Source of the DNA: Planctomycetota bacterium
Lineage (GTDB): Bacteria; Planctomycetota; UBA8108; SXIK01
Reading direction: 5' to 3'
Length of the DNA stretch: 64,000 nucleotides
NCBI GenBank assembly: GCA_965223265.1
Contig: OZ244999.1
Span: 6,144,001-6,208,000 of the forward strand
Shown: positions 48,907 through 59,571 of the stretch, in pieces
How the letters are laid out: the number at the start of each line of letters is the position of its first letter
Numbering within the stretch: position 1 is the first letter of the stretch
The notes under the pieces: generated by a model
What the model was told of the DNA's origin: nothing
What the model saw: only the letters and a program-made list of their open reading frames with translations
Database searches by the model: none
Program-made: the position numbers and the translations under genes

Positions 48907-50015
48907 GAGCGCCTCAATTCCAGTGCAAGGTCAACTACTCTGTCCGCCGCCATGGGGCGAGCGAGCCGCCGTGCAGCAGCGGACATCGACGCGAGCCGAG
49001 CCGGACTCGCGATCAATTGTTCCAGCTCGTCATGAAGCCTTTCGCCGTCGAGCTCTTCGTCCTCGATCACCACCCCAGCGCCCGCAGCGGCGAACGCCTC
49101 GGCGTTACGCAGCTGGTGTTGATCACGGTGATGCGGATATGGCACGAGCAAGGCGGGGACGCCGACAACGGCCAACTCCGAAAGCGTCGTGCCGCCCGCG
49201 CGCGTGACGACGACGTCGGCGTCGGCCATGAGGTCGGGCAGGCGCTGCGCGAAGCGGAGCACCTGAGCGCGCCAACCACCTTGGACATACGCCCGGTTGA
49301 GTTCGTCGAAGTCCGCCTCGCCGGTGACGTGGATCCAGCGCAAGCGTTCGCGCCACGGCGTCGCAGCCGGAGCGAGCTCGAGCAGACGCGCGATCGCAGA
49401 GTTCAGGGATCGCGCCCCTTGGCTGCCGCCGACGACAAGCACCGTCAGCGGGTCGTCCATGGCGCTGCGACGGCAGCGCCGGCGCATGCCGGCTTCCACG
49501 ACCGTCCTGCGCACCGGGTTCCCCGTCACAGCGCGCCGCATTCCGGCACCCAAAGAGACGTCAGGGTAGGGGCACGAGACCGCATCGGCGAATCGCCCGA
49601 GCCAGCGATTCACACGGCCGGCGACGAGATTCTGCTCAAGGAGAATGACCGGCAGATGCAGCGCTTTGGCGGCGAGGATCCCCGGCACAGAGGCATACCC
49701 GCCGAGCCCGAAGACGACGTCGAAGTCTCGCGCCAGCAGCTTTCGATGCCGCCGCACCGCGTCAGCCACCTCAAAGGAATAGCGCACCCAGTTAGTCGGC
49801 CGGCGGCCGGGTGGCAGCAGCTCGAGCGATCGCACGTCGAACCCGCCAGTGGCAAAGATCCGCTGCTCGACGTCGCGCCCCGATGTAAAGAAGACGATGC
49901 GCGCCGCCGGAAAACGTTCCCGGAGCTTCTCTGCAACGGCGATCCCGGGAAAGAGGTGCCCGCCGGAACCGCCGCCAAAAAATGCCGCCCCTCTGAGATG
50001 GCCCGGCGCAATCAT
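48876..50015 (-). CDS. murG: Lipid II GlcNAc transferase MurG
   Basis: GGGSGGHLFPG, GGYAS, GNPVR, GGSQGA, HQ..NA; ATGA overlap with ftsW. Confidence 0.95.
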   Translation of the reverse strand: MIAPGHLRGAAFFGGGSGGHLFPGIAVAEKLRERFPAARIVFFTSGRDVEQRIFATGGFDVRSLELLPPGRRPTNWVRYSFEVADAVRRHRKLLARDFDVVFGLGGYASVPGILAAKALHLPVILLEQNLVAGRVNRWLGRFADAVSCPYPDVSLGAGMRRAVTGNPVRRTVVEAGMRRRCRRSAMDDPLTVLVVGGSQGARSLNSAIARLLELAPAATPWRERLRWIHVTGEADFDELNRAYVQGGWRAQVLRFAQRLPDLMADADVVVTRAGGTTLSELAVVGVPALLVPYPHHRDQHQLRNAEAFAAAGAGVVIEDEELDGERLHDELEQLIASPARLASMSAAARRLARPMAADRVVDLALELRRSCPTASVSFS

Positions 50016-51226
50016 GAGGTTCCTCCCTGGAGCGGCTGGGCCGCTGCACCCGGCGCGGAATCTGCGGCGAGCACTTCTAGGGCGCGTTCCTCGCGCCAGA
50101 CGCGGTCGATCGAGAGAAGAATTCCCACCTGACAAAGACTCATGAGCAGGCCAGAGCCGCCAAAGGTGACGAACGGCAGTGCGATCCCCTTCGTCGGCGC
50201 GCTCGCCGTGACGACAGCGACGTTCAATACCGCCTGGACGCAGAGCCCGATCACGATTCCGGAGCCGAGCAAGAAACCGAAGAGGTCCCGGGCGTTCCAA
50301 AGTATTCCGACACCGCCCCAGAGGAGCCCGACGTAGAGAAGGACGATCAGAATTGAGCCGACCAGACCGAGTTCCTCCCCGATCACCGCCAAGATGAAAT
50401 CGGTGTGCGGCTCAGGCAAGAAGTTCAACTTTTGCCCGCTGGCCCCAAGCCCCTTGCCGAACCAGCTGCCGGCGCCGAGAGCCGTGAGCGAATGTCGCAC
50501 CTGATACACCTTGTCGGGATCGAGAAAACCCATGAGCCGTACGGTGACCTGCTCCCAGCGTGAGTGCACCGCGAGGGCCATGAGCGGGACAAAGATGAGA
50601 GACGACACCAGCAGGTAGTGAAGCTTGACGCCACCGAGCACAAGCAACATCAATGCCAAGCCGAGCACGAAGACCGACGTGCCGAAATCGGGCTCAAGAA
50701 GAATCAACACAAAGATGGGCAGCACTGCAAAACATGCCGCCACGAAACCACCGAGGAAGCGGTGACGCCGGCTCGGATCGCCGGCGAGAAAAGCACTCAC
50801 GAAGATGATCACCGCCAACTTGCCCAACTCGGACGGCTGAAATTGAAGTCCGCCACCGAGGCGCAGCCAACGCCGCGACTTATTGACGACGGTCCCAAAC
50901 TGTGGAATCAGCACAAGAATGAGAAGGATCGTCGCGATGATGAGAATGTACCAGTACCACCGCTGCAGTAGTCGGTAGTCGACTTGATAGAAAAAGAGCG
51001 CCCCGAGGGCCCCGATCGCCACCCAAGCGATCTGCTTACGCAGAAACAGATAACTGTCATCCTCTACAGTCCAGTGAAACGCGGTAGCGCTGAACACCAT
51101 GACCGTTCCTATGCTGACCAGCAGGAAGACACACGTAAGAAAGACGTTCCGTGCCACGTCAGAATCGCGATGCGGCAGCAGCCATCCAAGCCAAGAGCGC
51201 GGTTGGAACACGTTTCGAGCCTTCAT
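50012..51226 (-). CDS. ftsW: SEDS peptidoglycan polymerase FtsW
   Basis: RRW, QPSE, EPDFG, PEPHTDFI, GEELG, PTKG..LPF. Confidence 0.93.
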   Translation of the reverse strand: MKARNVFQPRSWLGWLLPHRDSDVARNVFLTCVFLLVSIGTVMVFSATAFHWTVEDDSYLFLRKQIAWVAIGALGALFFYQVDYRLLQRWYWYILIIATILLILVLIPQFGTVVNKSRRWLRLGGGLQFQPSELGKLAVIIFVSAFLAGDPSRRHRFLGGFVAACFAVLPIFVLILLEPDFGTSVFVLGLALMLLVLGGVKLHYLLVSSLIFVPLMALAVHSRWEQVTVRLMGFLDPDKVYQVRHSLTALGAGSWFGKGLGASGQKLNFLPEPHTDFILAVIGEELGLVGSILIVLLYVGLLWGGVGILWNARDLFGFLLGSGIVIGLCVQAVLNVAVVTASAPTKGIALPFVTFGGSGLLMSLCQVGILLSIDRVWREERALEVLAADSAPGAAAQPLQGGTS

Positions 51227-51311
51227 GCGGCGGGTCAGACTCCGACGATCTCAGTTTCTCTCCGACAGATCTGCATATCAGCCGACGTGCAGACCTTCGA
51301 AGGCCAATCGA

Positions 51312-52430
51312 TCAGTACAGCAGGACGACGATGGAAAAAAACGCGCAGATGGCACCGGCGATCCAAAATCGGACGGTAATCCGCGTCTCTCTGAGCCCTT
51401 TGAATTGAAAGTGATGATGCAGCGGCGCGATTAAAAAGATGCGCCGCCGCCACAGCTTGAAACTCGACACTTGGAGGACGACCGAGAGGACTTCGGCGAC
51501 GAGCACAGCGGCGACCATGACGAGGAGAACCTCTTGACGCAACATCACGCCTGCAAGGCCGAGGCAGGCGCCCAGCGGCAGCGCACCCGTATCGCCCATA
51601 AAAATCTGCGCCGGATGGCAGTTGAACCAAAGAAACCCGAGCCCACCGCCAATGAGCGCTGCCAACACAACACCGATCTCTGCGGCGCCGTGCACATGAG
51701 CAAGCGACAGACGCTCACTCAGCGCTGGATCGCCAGTGATGAGCGCAACCGCAAGGAAGGCGCCGGCGACCAAGAGGCTGCAGCCGACCGCGAGGCCATC
51801 GAGCCCATCGGTGAGGTTGACGGCGTTCGACATGCCGGCGATCGCCAGCAGTGCAAGCGGTACAAACATGACGCCGAGCGGCACGTAGACGCCACGCCAA
51901 AAGGGCAGCAAAAGCGGTGTGTTCTCCGAAGTGCCTCCCCACGCAGGCTTCAGGCCGCCCAGCTCGATTGTCGGCGGGAAGGAGTAGAGGCAAAGCGCCA
52001 CGGCCGCGGCGATGAGAAGCTGCCACGCCAGCTTGTGACGCGCCAAGATGCCCTTGCGCCCGCTGCGCAACTTCGTGAGATCGTCCGCTAGCCCGAGTAG
52101 ACCGAACGCCAAGATCGTGCCCGCGAAGAGCCAAACCTCAAGGCGATCTGGACGCGCCACCAAAACGAGCGCGCCCAGCACCCCGCCGAAGAGAAGGAGA
52201 CCGCCGAGCGTCGGTGTCGACTCTTTGCTCACGCTCAAAGCGTCGAGGCGTCTCGAGTCGCCTTTCGCCACCTGATCGGTGACGCGGCGTCCTCTGAGCC
52301 ATGGAATCATGAGGCGACCGGAGATGAGCACCAAAGAAAACGCCACTAGCGCTGCGAGCGCGGCTCGCACCGCCGGGGCGAGTGCCCAAGTCGGCGACGA
52401 AATGGACTGCTCAACGACCAGGACCAGCAC
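51312..52430 (-). CDS. mraY: Phospho-N-acetylmuramoyl-pentapeptide transferase
   Basis: TPTLGG, DD.TK, NAVNLTDGLDGL, FMGDTG, APLHHHF. Confidence 0.95.
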   Translation of the reverse strand: MLVLVVEQSISSPTWALAPAVRAALAALVAFSLVLISGRLMIPWLRGRRVTDQVAKGDSRRLDALSVSKESTPTLGGLLLFGGVLGALVLVARPDRLEVWLFAGTILAFGLLGLADDLTKLRSGRKGILARHKLAWQLLIAAAVALCLYSFPPTIELGGLKPAWGGTSENTPLLLPFWRGVYVPLGVMFVPLALLAIAGMSNAVNLTDGLDGLAVGCSLLVAGAFLAVALITGDPALSERLSLAHVHGAAEIGVVLAALIGGGLGFLWFNCHPAQIFMGDTGALPLGACLGLAGVMLRQEVLLVMVAAVLVAEVLSVVLQVSSFKLWRRRIFLIAPLHHHFQFKGLRETRITVRFWIAGAICAFFSIVVLLY

Positions 52431-52472
52431 GGTGAGTGCCTCCTAACAATACCAACATTCCGCCACCGTTAG

Positions 52473-52632
52473 CAGCCCGCCTGAAAAAGTCATTCGGCCG
52501 AAGAAATTGGCCTCTTCACGCCCAGACGGGCCGCGTCAATACTCGAATCCCGAAGATTGCCTGCGTTTGCCGCGGCCGATCTGGACGCGAAGAGAGCCAG
52601 TTTTCGGCTCGAGGCACCTCTTCAACAGGCTG
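52473..52632 (-). repeat. MITE-like palindromic repeat, copy 3 (inside dcw operon)
   Basis: Same family; begins immediately after the murF TGA. Confidence 0.88.
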
Positions 52633-54183
52633 TCAGCCGTAGTTGGTGATCGACGCACCTAACTGTGCTGGCGTTTCCCCCACCTGCACATGAAGCGATG
52701 GTAGGCGTGGGCCGAACAGCTTCGTCCAGCGCGCCAGATCCTTGAAACAAGACTCGACGCCGATCCGGCGCGACCCCTTAAAGAGAAGAACGTCGCCGGG
52801 GTAAATCTGGCCACGCAGAAACCTTGTCACGTCTTCGACGCGCGGGAAGTGGCGTCCGATGGCCTTGCCGCCGGCGGCACGGTAACCGTCTTGAATCGCA
52901 CGACTCTCATCGCCGACGGTGACGAGCAGACGCAAGTTCTGCTTGGCGAGCCGGCGCCCGATCTGCTCATGCAAAAGCCTCGACTTGCTGCCAAGCTCGA
53001 GCATGTCGCCAAGAACGACGATGCCGCTGCGCGGGGCAACGTCGCCAGAGCTCAATCGCGTCGAGATGCTGCCACCGATGGGCTCCTGCGTCAACTCGAT
53101 CCACTCCTCGATCGCCGACTCGACACTGCGCGGGTTGGCGTTGTAGCTATCGTTGATCATGACGATGCCCTTGACTTCAACCACTTCCAAACGCAGCGGT
53201 GGGAGTCGGCACGTGGTCAATGCCGCGCGCAGCTCGTTCGTCGTCAGGCCGAACTCGCGCGCGACCGCCATCGCAGCGACCGCGTTGATCACGTTGTGGC
53301 GCCCGGGAAGCGGCAGCAGAAAGTTCTCACTCTCATTAAGCGTAAAGTGATAGCCGTACGCCTTGGCTCCGGTCGTCGAGCGGACGTCTCCAAGTGAGAC
53401 ACGCTGGCAGCTGCTGACTCGCAGGTCTCCCTCGCCCCAGCCGAACGTGCGCACCTCCCCTTTTGCCAGGCTGCAAAGGGTGTTGAAACCAAAGACGCCG
53501 TGGCGCAGGAACGTCGTGCCGCCCGGTTTCAGGCCCGTGAAGATCTCCGACTTAGCGGCCAAGACGCCAGCTAGGTCGTTCAAGCCGTCGAGATGCGCCG
53601 GCGCGATCTCCGTCACAACGACATGGTCAGGTCGCACGAGACGCGACAGAGCTGCGAGCTCGCCCGGACCCGACGTTCCGAGCTCCGTGACGAGCACCTC
53701 GGTGTGAGCTCCCGCAGAGAGCAACGTCAGGGCGACGCCAAGGCGGTTGTTGTAACTCTTCGGTGCCTGCGAGACCTGGAAACGCTCGCGCAAGACGCTG
53801 GCGACGAACTCCTTCGTGCTTGTCTTGCCGACGCTACCGGTGATGGCAACCACCTTCATGTCGAGTCGATCGCGATTCCAGCGCGCCAAACGCTCAAGCG
53901 CGTCGAGAGGATCCGGTACGGACACGTAGGGACCGGAGTCTCGCGGCAGCCGCGACAGTTCGCTGCTGGCAACGACACATGCCACCGCGCCGTTTTTCCG
54001 TGCAGCTTCGACGTAGCGGTGCCCGTCAAACCGCTCACCCTTGAGCGCGAAGAAGAGCGGCTGTCCGGTGAGACCACGTGAGTCGGTGCTCACTTCTGCA
54101 ACGAGCGTCTTCGGAGGCGTCGCGGTCCCAACCCACTGCCCACCCATCTGTTCGACGATCCGGCTGAGTTCAACGGGTTCCAT
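52633..54183 (-). CDS. murF: UDP-MurNAc-tripeptide--D-Ala-D-Ala ligase
   Basis: TGSVGKTSTK, NDSYNANP, LGDMLELG, KGSR. Confidence 0.95.
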   Translation of the reverse strand: MEPVELSRIVEQMGGQWVGTATPPKTLVAEVSTDSRGLTGQPLFFALKGERFDGHRYVEAARKNGAVACVVASSELSRLPRDSGPYVSVPDPLDALERLARWNRDRLDMKVVAITGSVGKTSTKEFVASVLRERFQVSQAPKSYNNRLGVALTLLSAGAHTEVLVTELGTSGPGELAALSRLVRPDHVVVTEIAPAHLDGLNDLAGVLAAKSEIFTGLKPGGTTFLRHGVFGFNTLCSLAKGEVRTFGWGEGDLRVSSCQRVSLGDVRSTTGAKAYGYHFTLNESENFLLPLPGRHNVINAVAAMAVAREFGLTTNELRAALTTCRLPPLRLEVVEVKGIVMINDSYNANPRSVESAIEEWIELTQEPIGGSISTRLSSGDVAPRSGIVVLGDMLELGSKSRLLHEQIGRRLAKQNLRLLVTVGDESRAIQDGYRAAGGKAIGRHFPRVEDVTRFLRGQIYPGDVLLFKGSRRIGVESCFKDLARWTKLFGPRLPSLHVQVGETPAQLGASITNYG

Positions 54184-54189
54184 CGAGTC

Positions 54190-55719
54190 TCAATTCCCTC
54201 CGATACCTTCGCTCAAAAACTCCGCCGCCACTTCGCGATCGTCAAAGTGCAGTTTGCTGCCGTCGAACTCCTGGTACGTCTCATGTCCCTTCCCCGCTAT
54301 GAGCACCGTGTCTCCAGCGCGTGCCATACGAATCGCGAGTGCAATTGCATCGCGCCGATTGGGCTCCAAGACGACATCGTCGGGGCGCGCCAGTCCGCAG
54401 CGAATGTCCGACAGGATCGACTCTGGATTCTCAGAGCGTGGGTTGTCAGAAGTGACGACGATGTGATCGGAGCCGCGTTCCGCCACGCGGCCCATGCGCG
54501 GTCGCTTCTCGCGATCGCGGTCGCCGCCGCAGCCAAAGACCGTGATGACCCGCCCCGTCGTCACGCCGCGAACTGCACTGAGCACGGTCTCGAGCGCACC
54601 GTCGGTGTGGGCGTAGTCGACGAAGACGCGGACATTGCGGCGATTCGGCACCTCCTGCAGCCGCCCAGGAGGTGCTGCCGCCACTTCGACGCCGGCAGCG
54701 ATCTCGGCCGCCGTCAAGCCGAGGCAATCCGCCGCCGTCACCGCCGCCAGGATGTTGAGCAGATTGTGCTCGCCCCAAAGACGCGTTCGCATCGGCTCGC
54801 CCCGCCAGACAAACGAAGTTCCATCCGGCGCCATGCGCACGTCTTCGACGCCATCTTGAGGCTCTGTTCCGTACCATACGACCTCGGCCGGAGTCGCACT
54901 GCGGAGCACCGCTGCGTACTCGTCCTCACGCGGCAAAATGGCGTGCGCGTCGGGTCGAAGATCGCAGAAAAGCTGCTTCTTGGTGGCGAAGTAGTTCTCG
55001 AACGTGCCGTGATAGTCGAGGTGCTCAGGCGCAATGTTCGTGAAGATCGCGGACGAGAGGTCGAAACCGGCGGTTCTCTTTTGCGCGATGCCGTGTGAAG
55101 AGACCTCCATGACGACGTGCGAGCCACCGGAGTCGACCAGCTGTCGGAACGCCTCATGCAATTCAAGGCTTGACGGTGTCGTGTTGTGCGCCGGCGTCGC
55201 GGTCATGCCAACGCGATTGTGCACGGTACCGAACAGCCCCGTGATCCGCCCACTCGTGCGCAGGATCGCCTCCAAAATCCAGGCCGTCGTCGTTTTCCCC
55301 TTGGTGCCAGTAATGCCGACGATCTCGAGGGCACCATGCGCGTGGCCATAAAACGTGGCTCCGAGCGCACCGAGGGCGGTGCGCGCGTCGTCGACGCGGA
55401 AGTACGGCACGGGAAAGGGCGCCGTCTCGCAGCGACCATTGGCCCCACCGCGCGTCGCGTTCGGCTGCGCCGCCTCGGACCTGCCGGCACCCACCGTCGA
55501 AACGAGGCGCCGCACGGGCTGCTCCCCGACAATCGCAACGGCGCCTGCAGCGACCGCCTGCCTCACAAAACCGTGTCCGTCCACTTGCTCGCCGGGCACC
55601 GCAACGAACAGCGAACCAGGTCTCACCTGACGTGAATCGCACGTCAGATGTTCGACTTCGACGTCGCGACGAGCTGCCGAAACCTTCAAGCAGCCCTCGC
55701 CCAATTCCTCGAGTCGCAT
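54190..55719 (-). CDS. murE: UDP-MurNAc-dipeptide--meso-DAP ligase
   Basis: GTKGKTTT, EVSSH, DYAHT, DNPR (DAP-type), GKGHE. Confidence 0.95.
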   Translation of the reverse strand: MRLEELGEGCLKVSAARRDVEVEHLTCDSRQVRPGSLFVAVPGEQVDGHGFVRQAVAAGAVAIVGEQPVRRLVSTVGAGRSEAAQPNATRGGANGRCETAPFPVPYFRVDDARTALGALGATFYGHAHGALEIVGITGTKGKTTTAWILEAILRTSGRITGLFGTVHNRVGMTATPAHNTTPSSLELHEAFRQLVDSGGSHVVMEVSSHGIAQKRTAGFDLSSAIFTNIAPEHLDYHGTFENYFATKKQLFCDLRPDAHAILPREDEYAAVLRSATPAEVVWYGTEPQDGVEDVRMAPDGTSFVWRGEPMRTRLWGEHNLLNILAAVTAADCLGLTAAEIAAGVEVAAAPPGRLQEVPNRRNVRVFVDYAHTDGALETVLSAVRGVTTGRVITVFGCGGDRDREKRPRMGRVAERGSDHIVVTSDNPRSENPESILSDIRCGLARPDDVVLEPNRRDAIALAIRMARAGDTVLIAGKGHETYQEFDGSKLHFDDREVAAEFLSEGIGGN

Positions 55720-55994
55720 GTTCACCTCTCCACTCCGTTGACTCTCGTTACGCGTCGCTGCAACCGCACCACCGTAGGTCAACCGCTCTTCTTGCCGTCG
55801 AGCGCTCCACGGATCCGTGCTCGCAGACGCCGCCGAGCCTCCTCTGCTCGTTAGTCGCGGCACGTGTCTTCGCGAAGACACCCGCGGCGCCGGGTCCACA
55901 GCGGTCGCTATCGTACTGAAAACCTCTCTGCCTCGAGCGAGAAATTCAGTTCATTTCACTCGATCTGCTGACATTCAGACTCCAAGCTCCAAGA

Positions 55995-57839
55995 CTACTG
56001 TTCATTCCCCTTCCAAACTGCGAAACTCGCCAGATGGCACTCCTCGGCGACGTTGAAAATCCCACGTAGCACCTCAACGACCACCGGTCCGGCGACCATC
56101 GCGCCGTAGATGCTCTTCTTCGGCCGCTCGACCATGCAAACCACGACGACCTGGGGATCATCGTGTGGTGCGAACGCCTCGAACGATGCTAGGTAGTAGC
56201 GCCCGTAGGATCCGCCGCGTGCCATCCTCGCGGTGCCCGTTTTGGCGCCGAACCGAAAGCCCTCGACGCGGAGCCACTTCGCGGTTCCTGTCTCGACGAC
56301 TTCGGTCAAGAGCTCCCGCATGGTGGCGGACGTCGCCGGCGAGATCGGGTGCCCGATGACCTCCGCCTTCGGCGCCCTGTAGTTGCCGCCGGCATGCTCG
56401 ATGCGTTTGACGATGTACGGCTTGAGAAGCTTGCCGCCGTTGACGACGGCCGCGAAGGCACGCGCCAGTTGAATGGGCGTCACACGAATGGCGTAACCGA
56501 ACGAGACGGACACCGTCGCAAGGAACGGCTTCCATCTCTCGGGGCTACGATGTTCGCCGTTCACCTCGGCGGGCAGCGCCAGCCCGGTACGACGACAGAA
56601 CTGAAAACGTTCGATCATGTCGAGAATGCGATCCTTACCGAGTCGCAACCCGAGCACTGACATGCCGATGTTGGAGGACCTCGTCAATGCATCGCGAACT
56701 CGCATGTCGGGTGTCGGCTTCACATCGCGCACCGTTCGAGAACCAAATTTCGCGCGCTCGCTCCCGTCCCAAGTCACGCCGGGCGGCATGAGGGAGCGAA
56801 TCGACTGATCGAGGCTCGCAAGACCGTGCTCCAGCACACTCGCCATGAGAAACGGCTTCATAACCGAACCCGACTCGTAGGTGCTCTCCACGATCCGGTT
56901 GGTTCTTCGAAGCTCACGTTCAGCCTTCGGATAGTCGTGGAAACGGTTCGGGTTGAACGTGGGGAAATTCGCCAGCGCCAAGACCTCGCCGGTACGACAG
57001 TCGAGGACCACACAGGAACCCGCTTGCGCGTTCATGCGGCGAACGCCCCACTCGAGTTTCTCTTCGACGATCGCCTGGATCCGGCTATCAATCGTCGTGT
57101 AGACGACACCCCCATCGACCGGCAAGATCTGTGGGTTACCGGGGTTAAAAATCCGTAGCGGCCCGACGCGCTTGCCGCCGACCTGAACCTGTCTGACGCC
57201 ATCGCGCGGCGATAGGTGCCGATCGAGCTGGCGTTCGACACCCTCGATGCCCTCCCCTTCTCGGTTCGTCACACCGATCACTGACGCGGCGAACGTGTCG
57301 CGGGGATACGTACGTCGCACGTACGACGACCTGCAAAAGCTGCGAGCGGCTGCTGGTAAGACCTCGGAGATCTGCTTCTGCAGAGAATCGACGACGTCGT
57401 AGTCGAGATCGCGGTCAAGTGCAACGTACTTGCGACCACTCGCGTGCGCCTCAAGGGCGACCCTGAGTCGGCGTCGCCGGTACTCATTCGACTTCCCAAG
57501 CTCCGCGCACACCAGTTGAATGACGCGGTGAATGTTCTCCGATGCGATCTTCGATGGATCTAGCCCAATCTCGTACTTTTTGACGTCCCGGGCCAAGAGG
57601 ACACCGTCTGATGTGAACACATCGCCGCGATATCCGTGCAGCGGATCATGTCGCGTCTGCATGCTTGCTGCGGAGAGGTCTCGACGTTCGTGATCGACGA
57701 CTTGCACGAAAAACAGGCGCCAGCCTAAAAGGCCAAAACCTAACGTCACGAAGCAGGCGATCATGATCAGACGCACACGCAATCCGAGTCTCGACACCTC
57801 CGCTCCTCGCGGCGCCCGTCGTTTCGTCTTAGTCTTCAC
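55995..57839 (-). CDS. ftsI: Class B penicillin-binding protein FtsI
   Basis: TM + RGD dimerisation motif, GIEGVE; SxxK (GSVMK), SxN (SSN), KTG. Confidence 0.9.
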   Translation of the reverse strand: MKTKTKRRAPRGAEVSRLGLRVRLIMIACFVTLGFGLLGWRLFFVQVVDHERRDLSAASMQTRHDPLHGYRGDVFTSDGVLLARDVKKYEIGLDPSKIASENIHRVIQLVCAELGKSNEYRRRRLRVALEAHASGRKYVALDRDLDYDVVDSLQKQISEVLPAAARSFCRSSYVRRTYPRDTFAASVIGVTNREGEGIEGVERQLDRHLSPRDGVRQVQVGGKRVGPLRIFNPGNPQILPVDGGVVYTTIDSRIQAIVEEKLEWGVRRMNAQAGSCVVLDCRTGEVLALANFPTFNPNRFHDYPKAERELRRTNRIVESTYESGSVMKPFLMASVLEHGLASLDQSIRSLMPPGVTWDGSERAKFGSRTVRDVKPTPDMRVRDALTRSSNIGMSVLGLRLGKDRILDMIERFQFCRRTGLALPAEVNGEHRSPERWKPFLATVSVSFGYAIRVTPIQLARAFAAVVNGGKLLKPYIVKRIEHAGGNYRAPKAEVIGHPISPATSATMRELLTEVVETGTAKWLRVEGFRFGAKTGTARMARGGSYGRYYLASFEAFAPHDDPQVVVVCMVERPKKSIYGAMVAGPVVVEVLRGIFNVAEECHLASFAVWKGNEQ

Positions 57840-58075
57840 CTCATCGACTCCCGGATTCGTCGCTCGAGCTGCCGCACCCGAAAAGGAGGGAGAAGGGGGA
57901 CAAAGTCCCCCTTCACGTTGGTAGGAAAGATGGGAGTTCCAAGGCACCGCCGCAGGGGCGACGGCAGCTGAATTCTCACGTTTCGATGTCGTCTCGAGCC
58001 GGCGTTCTCCCCACTGCTCCCAAAAACTGGCGAGCGAAGTGGTTTCTTACCGTCATGTGTTAGCAGGCATTCAGA

Positions 58076-58342
58076 TCACTCAAGGCGGTCGGAACCTTCC
58101 TGTTCGCCAGCGGTCGACCGCAATCGTTCTTCTGGCACTTCTTGCAGCAGCAGATCAGGACTGCAGAGGGTGAGTAAACGGGCTTCGAGGCGTCGCAGGC
58201 TCTCACGCCGCTCCTCCTCTTCGACGAGAAGCTCACGAAGCCTCACTCCACAGCGAACACGCTCCACCTGGAGATACACCGCAGCCAGGCCGATCGTCAC
58301 GATGGTGAGTGCGACGAGCAGCCCCCTGAGCCACGCAGACAT
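58076..58342 (-). CDS. FtsL-like small bitopic coiled-coil protein
   Basis: 88 aa, TM + leucine heptads, located between rsmH and ftsI. Confidence 0.6.
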   Translation of the reverse strand: MSAWLRGLLVALTIVTIGLAAVYLQVERVRCGVRLRELLVEEEERRESLRRLEARLLTLCSPDLLLQEVPEERLRSTAGEQEGSDRLE

Positions 58343-58569
58343 CAGTCCGCTCCTCCACCCAGGGGAACCACCGTCGACAACGTCGCTTCACTTCTCTTCA
58401 CGTCCTCTTGCCTCGTCACCCCTCAAGAGAGGCCACAGCATGAGGCGACCGCCGTAGCTGGCCGCCTCATGCCGCGCCCGAGCTTCTACCTTCACTTCGT
58501 TTCTAAGAGCGTCTCCTCCTCTGAGACTCCGTCCCTCTCCTCTTTCGTTTCAGATCATTCCGTCACGTC

Positions 58570-59496
58570 CTACTTCTCTTCCGAGTCGCCTCCAGCTGCG
58601 ACCCGAATCGCAAAGCGCAGTCGAGCGCTGCGCGCCCGTGGGTTCGCTTCGACCTCCTCAGCCGAAGGCCGAAGCGGCTGGTCACTAGGTACGGAAAAGA
58701 GCCCACTGCGACGCATTTGTGTGCACCACCTCTTGACGAGGCGGTCCTCGAGCGAGTGGTAGCTGAGAATCGCCACTCGGCCTCCCGGTCGCAGGACCCG
58801 GTCCAGTCGCGGCAAGAGTCGCTCAAGTTCGCCCAGCTCGTCGTTGACGGCGATGCGAATGGCTTGAAACACGCGCGTCGCTGGATGGATTCTTCCGCGC
58901 CGGCCTGGTACGACGTCCTCGACCAACCGCGCCAACTCGCTGCAATGTCGCAAGGGAGCACGCTGACGCGTGGCGTCGATGCGTTCGGCAATGCGGCGCG
59001 CTGCCGGCTCCTCTCCGAAGCGCCGCAGGACCTGCTCGATCTCTCGGCGGGTGGCCGTGCGCAAGAAATCCGCAGCGCGCTGGCCGGAACCTCGGTCCAT
59101 GCGCATATCGAGCGGCCCCTCACGCGCGAAGCTGAAGCCGCGTTCGGCGCGGTCGAGCTGCATCGACGAAACTCCCAGGTCGAGTAATAGACCATCAACC
59201 GCGCCCTCCGCTGGCAGCCCGACCTGCCGCAGGCATTCCTGTAGCTGCGAGAAACGCCCCTGAGCGACATGGAACGTGCCGCCACCTGTCTCGAGGCGGC
59301 TGGCGGCAAGCTCGAGAGCGTCCTCGTCGCGATCGACTCCTAGCAGAAACCCAGACGGAGCGACCCGCTGCGAAAGCGCGACCGCGTGCCCCCCGGCGCC
59401 GAGCGTCGCGTCGACAAACGTCTCCCCGGGCGCCGGCCGCAAGACCGCCAGCACTTCGGTCAGCATCACTGGCTGGTGAGGCAGTCTTTTGGTCAT
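58570..59496 (-). CDS. rsmH: 16S rRNA m4C1402 methyltransferase
   Basis: HQPVM, DATLGAGGH, DLGVSSMQLD, LDMRM, YHSLEDR, NPRARSA. Confidence 0.96.
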   Translation of the reverse strand: MTKRLPHQPVMLTEVLAVLRPAPGETFVDATLGAGGHAVALSQRVAPSGFLLGVDRDEDALELAASRLETGGGTFHVAQGRFSQLQECLRQVGLPAEGAVDGLLLDLGVSSMQLDRAERGFSFAREGPLDMRMDRGSGQRAADFLRTATRREIEQVLRRFGEEPAARRIAERIDATRQRAPLRHCSELARLVEDVVPGRRGRIHPATRVFQAIRIAVNDELGELERLLPRLDRVLRPGGRVAILSYHSLEDRLVKRWCTQMRRSGLFSVPSDQPLRPSAEEVEANPRARSARLRFAIRVAAGGDSEEK

Positions 59497-59571
59497 AGCG
59501 GCCGTGGGGTCGAAGGTCGAAGTACATTCTCGGCACTACCAACTCTCGTTGAATACAGAATTCTTGAACGA